DNA of 64,000 nucleotides from contig NC_091290.1 of the NCBI RefSeq assembly GCF_032444005.1, positions 41,912,001 through 41,976,000 on the forward strand, in the 5' to 3' direction. The stretch comes from Ranitomeya imitator (taxonomy: Eukaryota). A program made the position numbers and the translations under genes. Below, in pieces: positions 62,948 through 64,000 of this stretch (the stretch's first letter is position 1; every line of letters starts with the position of its first letter). The notes under the pieces were generated by a model that ran no database searches, was not told the DNA's origin, and saw nothing but the letters and a program-made list of their open reading frames with translations.

Positions 62948-62950
<3 letters not shown>
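61350..62950 (+). mobile_element. Full-length IR/DR-type Tc1 (DD34E), 1601 bp; transposase 61714-62733 with two premature stops
   Basis: TA|CAGTGGGGCAAAAAAGTATTTAGTCAG ... CTGACTAAATACTTTTTTGCCCCACTG|TA; ~205-bp TIRs with inner repeat AAGTATTTGGTCAG; D-34-E spacing; in-frame TAGs at 62152 and 62164. Confidence 0.95.

Positions 62951-63020
<70 letters not shown>
62951..63020. repeat. (TA)n microsatellite
   Basis: Direct reading. Confidence 0.98.
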
Positions 63021-63023
<3 letters not shown>

Positions 63024-63408
63024 ATTCTATGTGTACACATTTATTCTACCTATTCTACTGTAACCTGTCAGTGTGATTTTACTGTACACCGCACTGAATT
63101 GCCGGCTTTTCTCTCTAACACCGCTGCGTATTTCTCGCAAGTCACACTGCTGGTCCGTGTGTAATCCGTATTTTTCTGGCTTCCATAGACTTTCATTGGC
63201 TTTTTTTGCGCAATACGGTGACAAACGCAGCATGCTGCAATTTTCTACGGCCGTAGAAGATTGTATAATACAGATCAGTAAAATACGGCAGATAGGAGCA
63301 GGGGCATAGAGAATAATTGTGACATTTGTTAGGCGTGTTTTACGGACGTATTTTATGCGCTCTTACGTCCATAAAACTCGCTAGTGTGACGCCGGCCTTA
63401 CTCTGTTA

Positions 63409-63743
63409 GGCTATGTTCACACTTTGCAGATTCCACTGCGGATTTTTCTGCAGCAGAATTCCAAAATCCGCAGTGAAAACCCGTTGCGGTTTTTACTGCG
63501 GATTTATTGCGGTTTTTACTGCGGTTTCTTCTGCGGATTTTCATCTGCAGTTTCCTATTGGAGCAGGTGAAAATCCGCAGAAAAGAAGTGACATGCTGCG
63601 GAATGTAATCCGCTGCGTTTCCGCGCTTTTTTTTCCGCAGCATGTGCACAGCGTTTTTTGTTTCCCATAGGTTTACATTGTACTGTAAACTCATGGGAAA
63701 CTGCTGCAGATCCGCAGCAAAATCCGCAAAGTGTGAACATAGC
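63409..63743. mobile_element. Harbinger-type MITE (GGCTATGTTCACAC family)
   Basis: TTA|GGCTATGTTCACACTTTGC ... GCAAAGTGTGAACATAGCC. Confidence 0.8.
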
Positions 63744-64000
63744 CCAACATCACTAGTGTGAATCCCCTGATCGAATTAACTCTGCTACACCGCAGCAATG
63801 AGTCTCCTGATCTACTCAACTCTACTACATCGCTGCAGTGAGTCTTCAGACCTACTCAAATCTGCTACCTCGTTGAAATCTGCTATATCACATTGTGAGC
63901 CTCTTGACATATTCAAACCTGCTGCACCACTGGGCTCTGCATCATTACTAGAATGGGTTTCCTGACCTACTCAAGTCTACTACATTGCTGGCCTCTGCTA

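Larger units (their letters stand above)
59193..63397. mobile_element. Large Harbinger-type non-autonomous element hosting a foldback and a Tc1
   Basis: TTA|GGCCGGCGTCACACT ... AGTGTGACGCCGGCC|TTA. Confidence 0.82.

Overview
Vertebrate genomic DNA, not prokaryotic. The repeat landscape and protein similarity point to a frog; the species is my inference. Two recognisable intron-containing genes lie head to head. CDCA5/sororin is on the minus strand (7 coding exons, 34050..16505, 307 aa) and ZFPL1 is on the plus strand (7 coding exons, 37946..43815, 320 aa). Both were reconstructed by hand with GT-AG sites, consistent phases and an open frame. They share a compact bidirectional promoter with CDE/CHR, CCAAT, YY1 and ETS-CRE motifs. 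A large exon of an unidentified minus-strand gene lies at 2212-3369. The rest is mostly transposons: five decayed Tc1-like elements (one is DD37E/TRT type), L2 and CR1 LINE fragments, many PIF/Harbinger-type, T2/TTAA-type and hAT-type MITEs, several minisatellites and a 1.9-kb foldback. The most interesting object is a Penelope-like retroelement (RT + GIY-YIG, ~53050-56730). It has inverted pseudo-LTRs, each carrying a minimal, dimer-type hammerhead ribozyme fold with a non-canonical catalytic core (CCGUAGA). I saw no rRNA, tRNA or CRISPR array. All exon and element boundaries were read by eye and no database searches were run.
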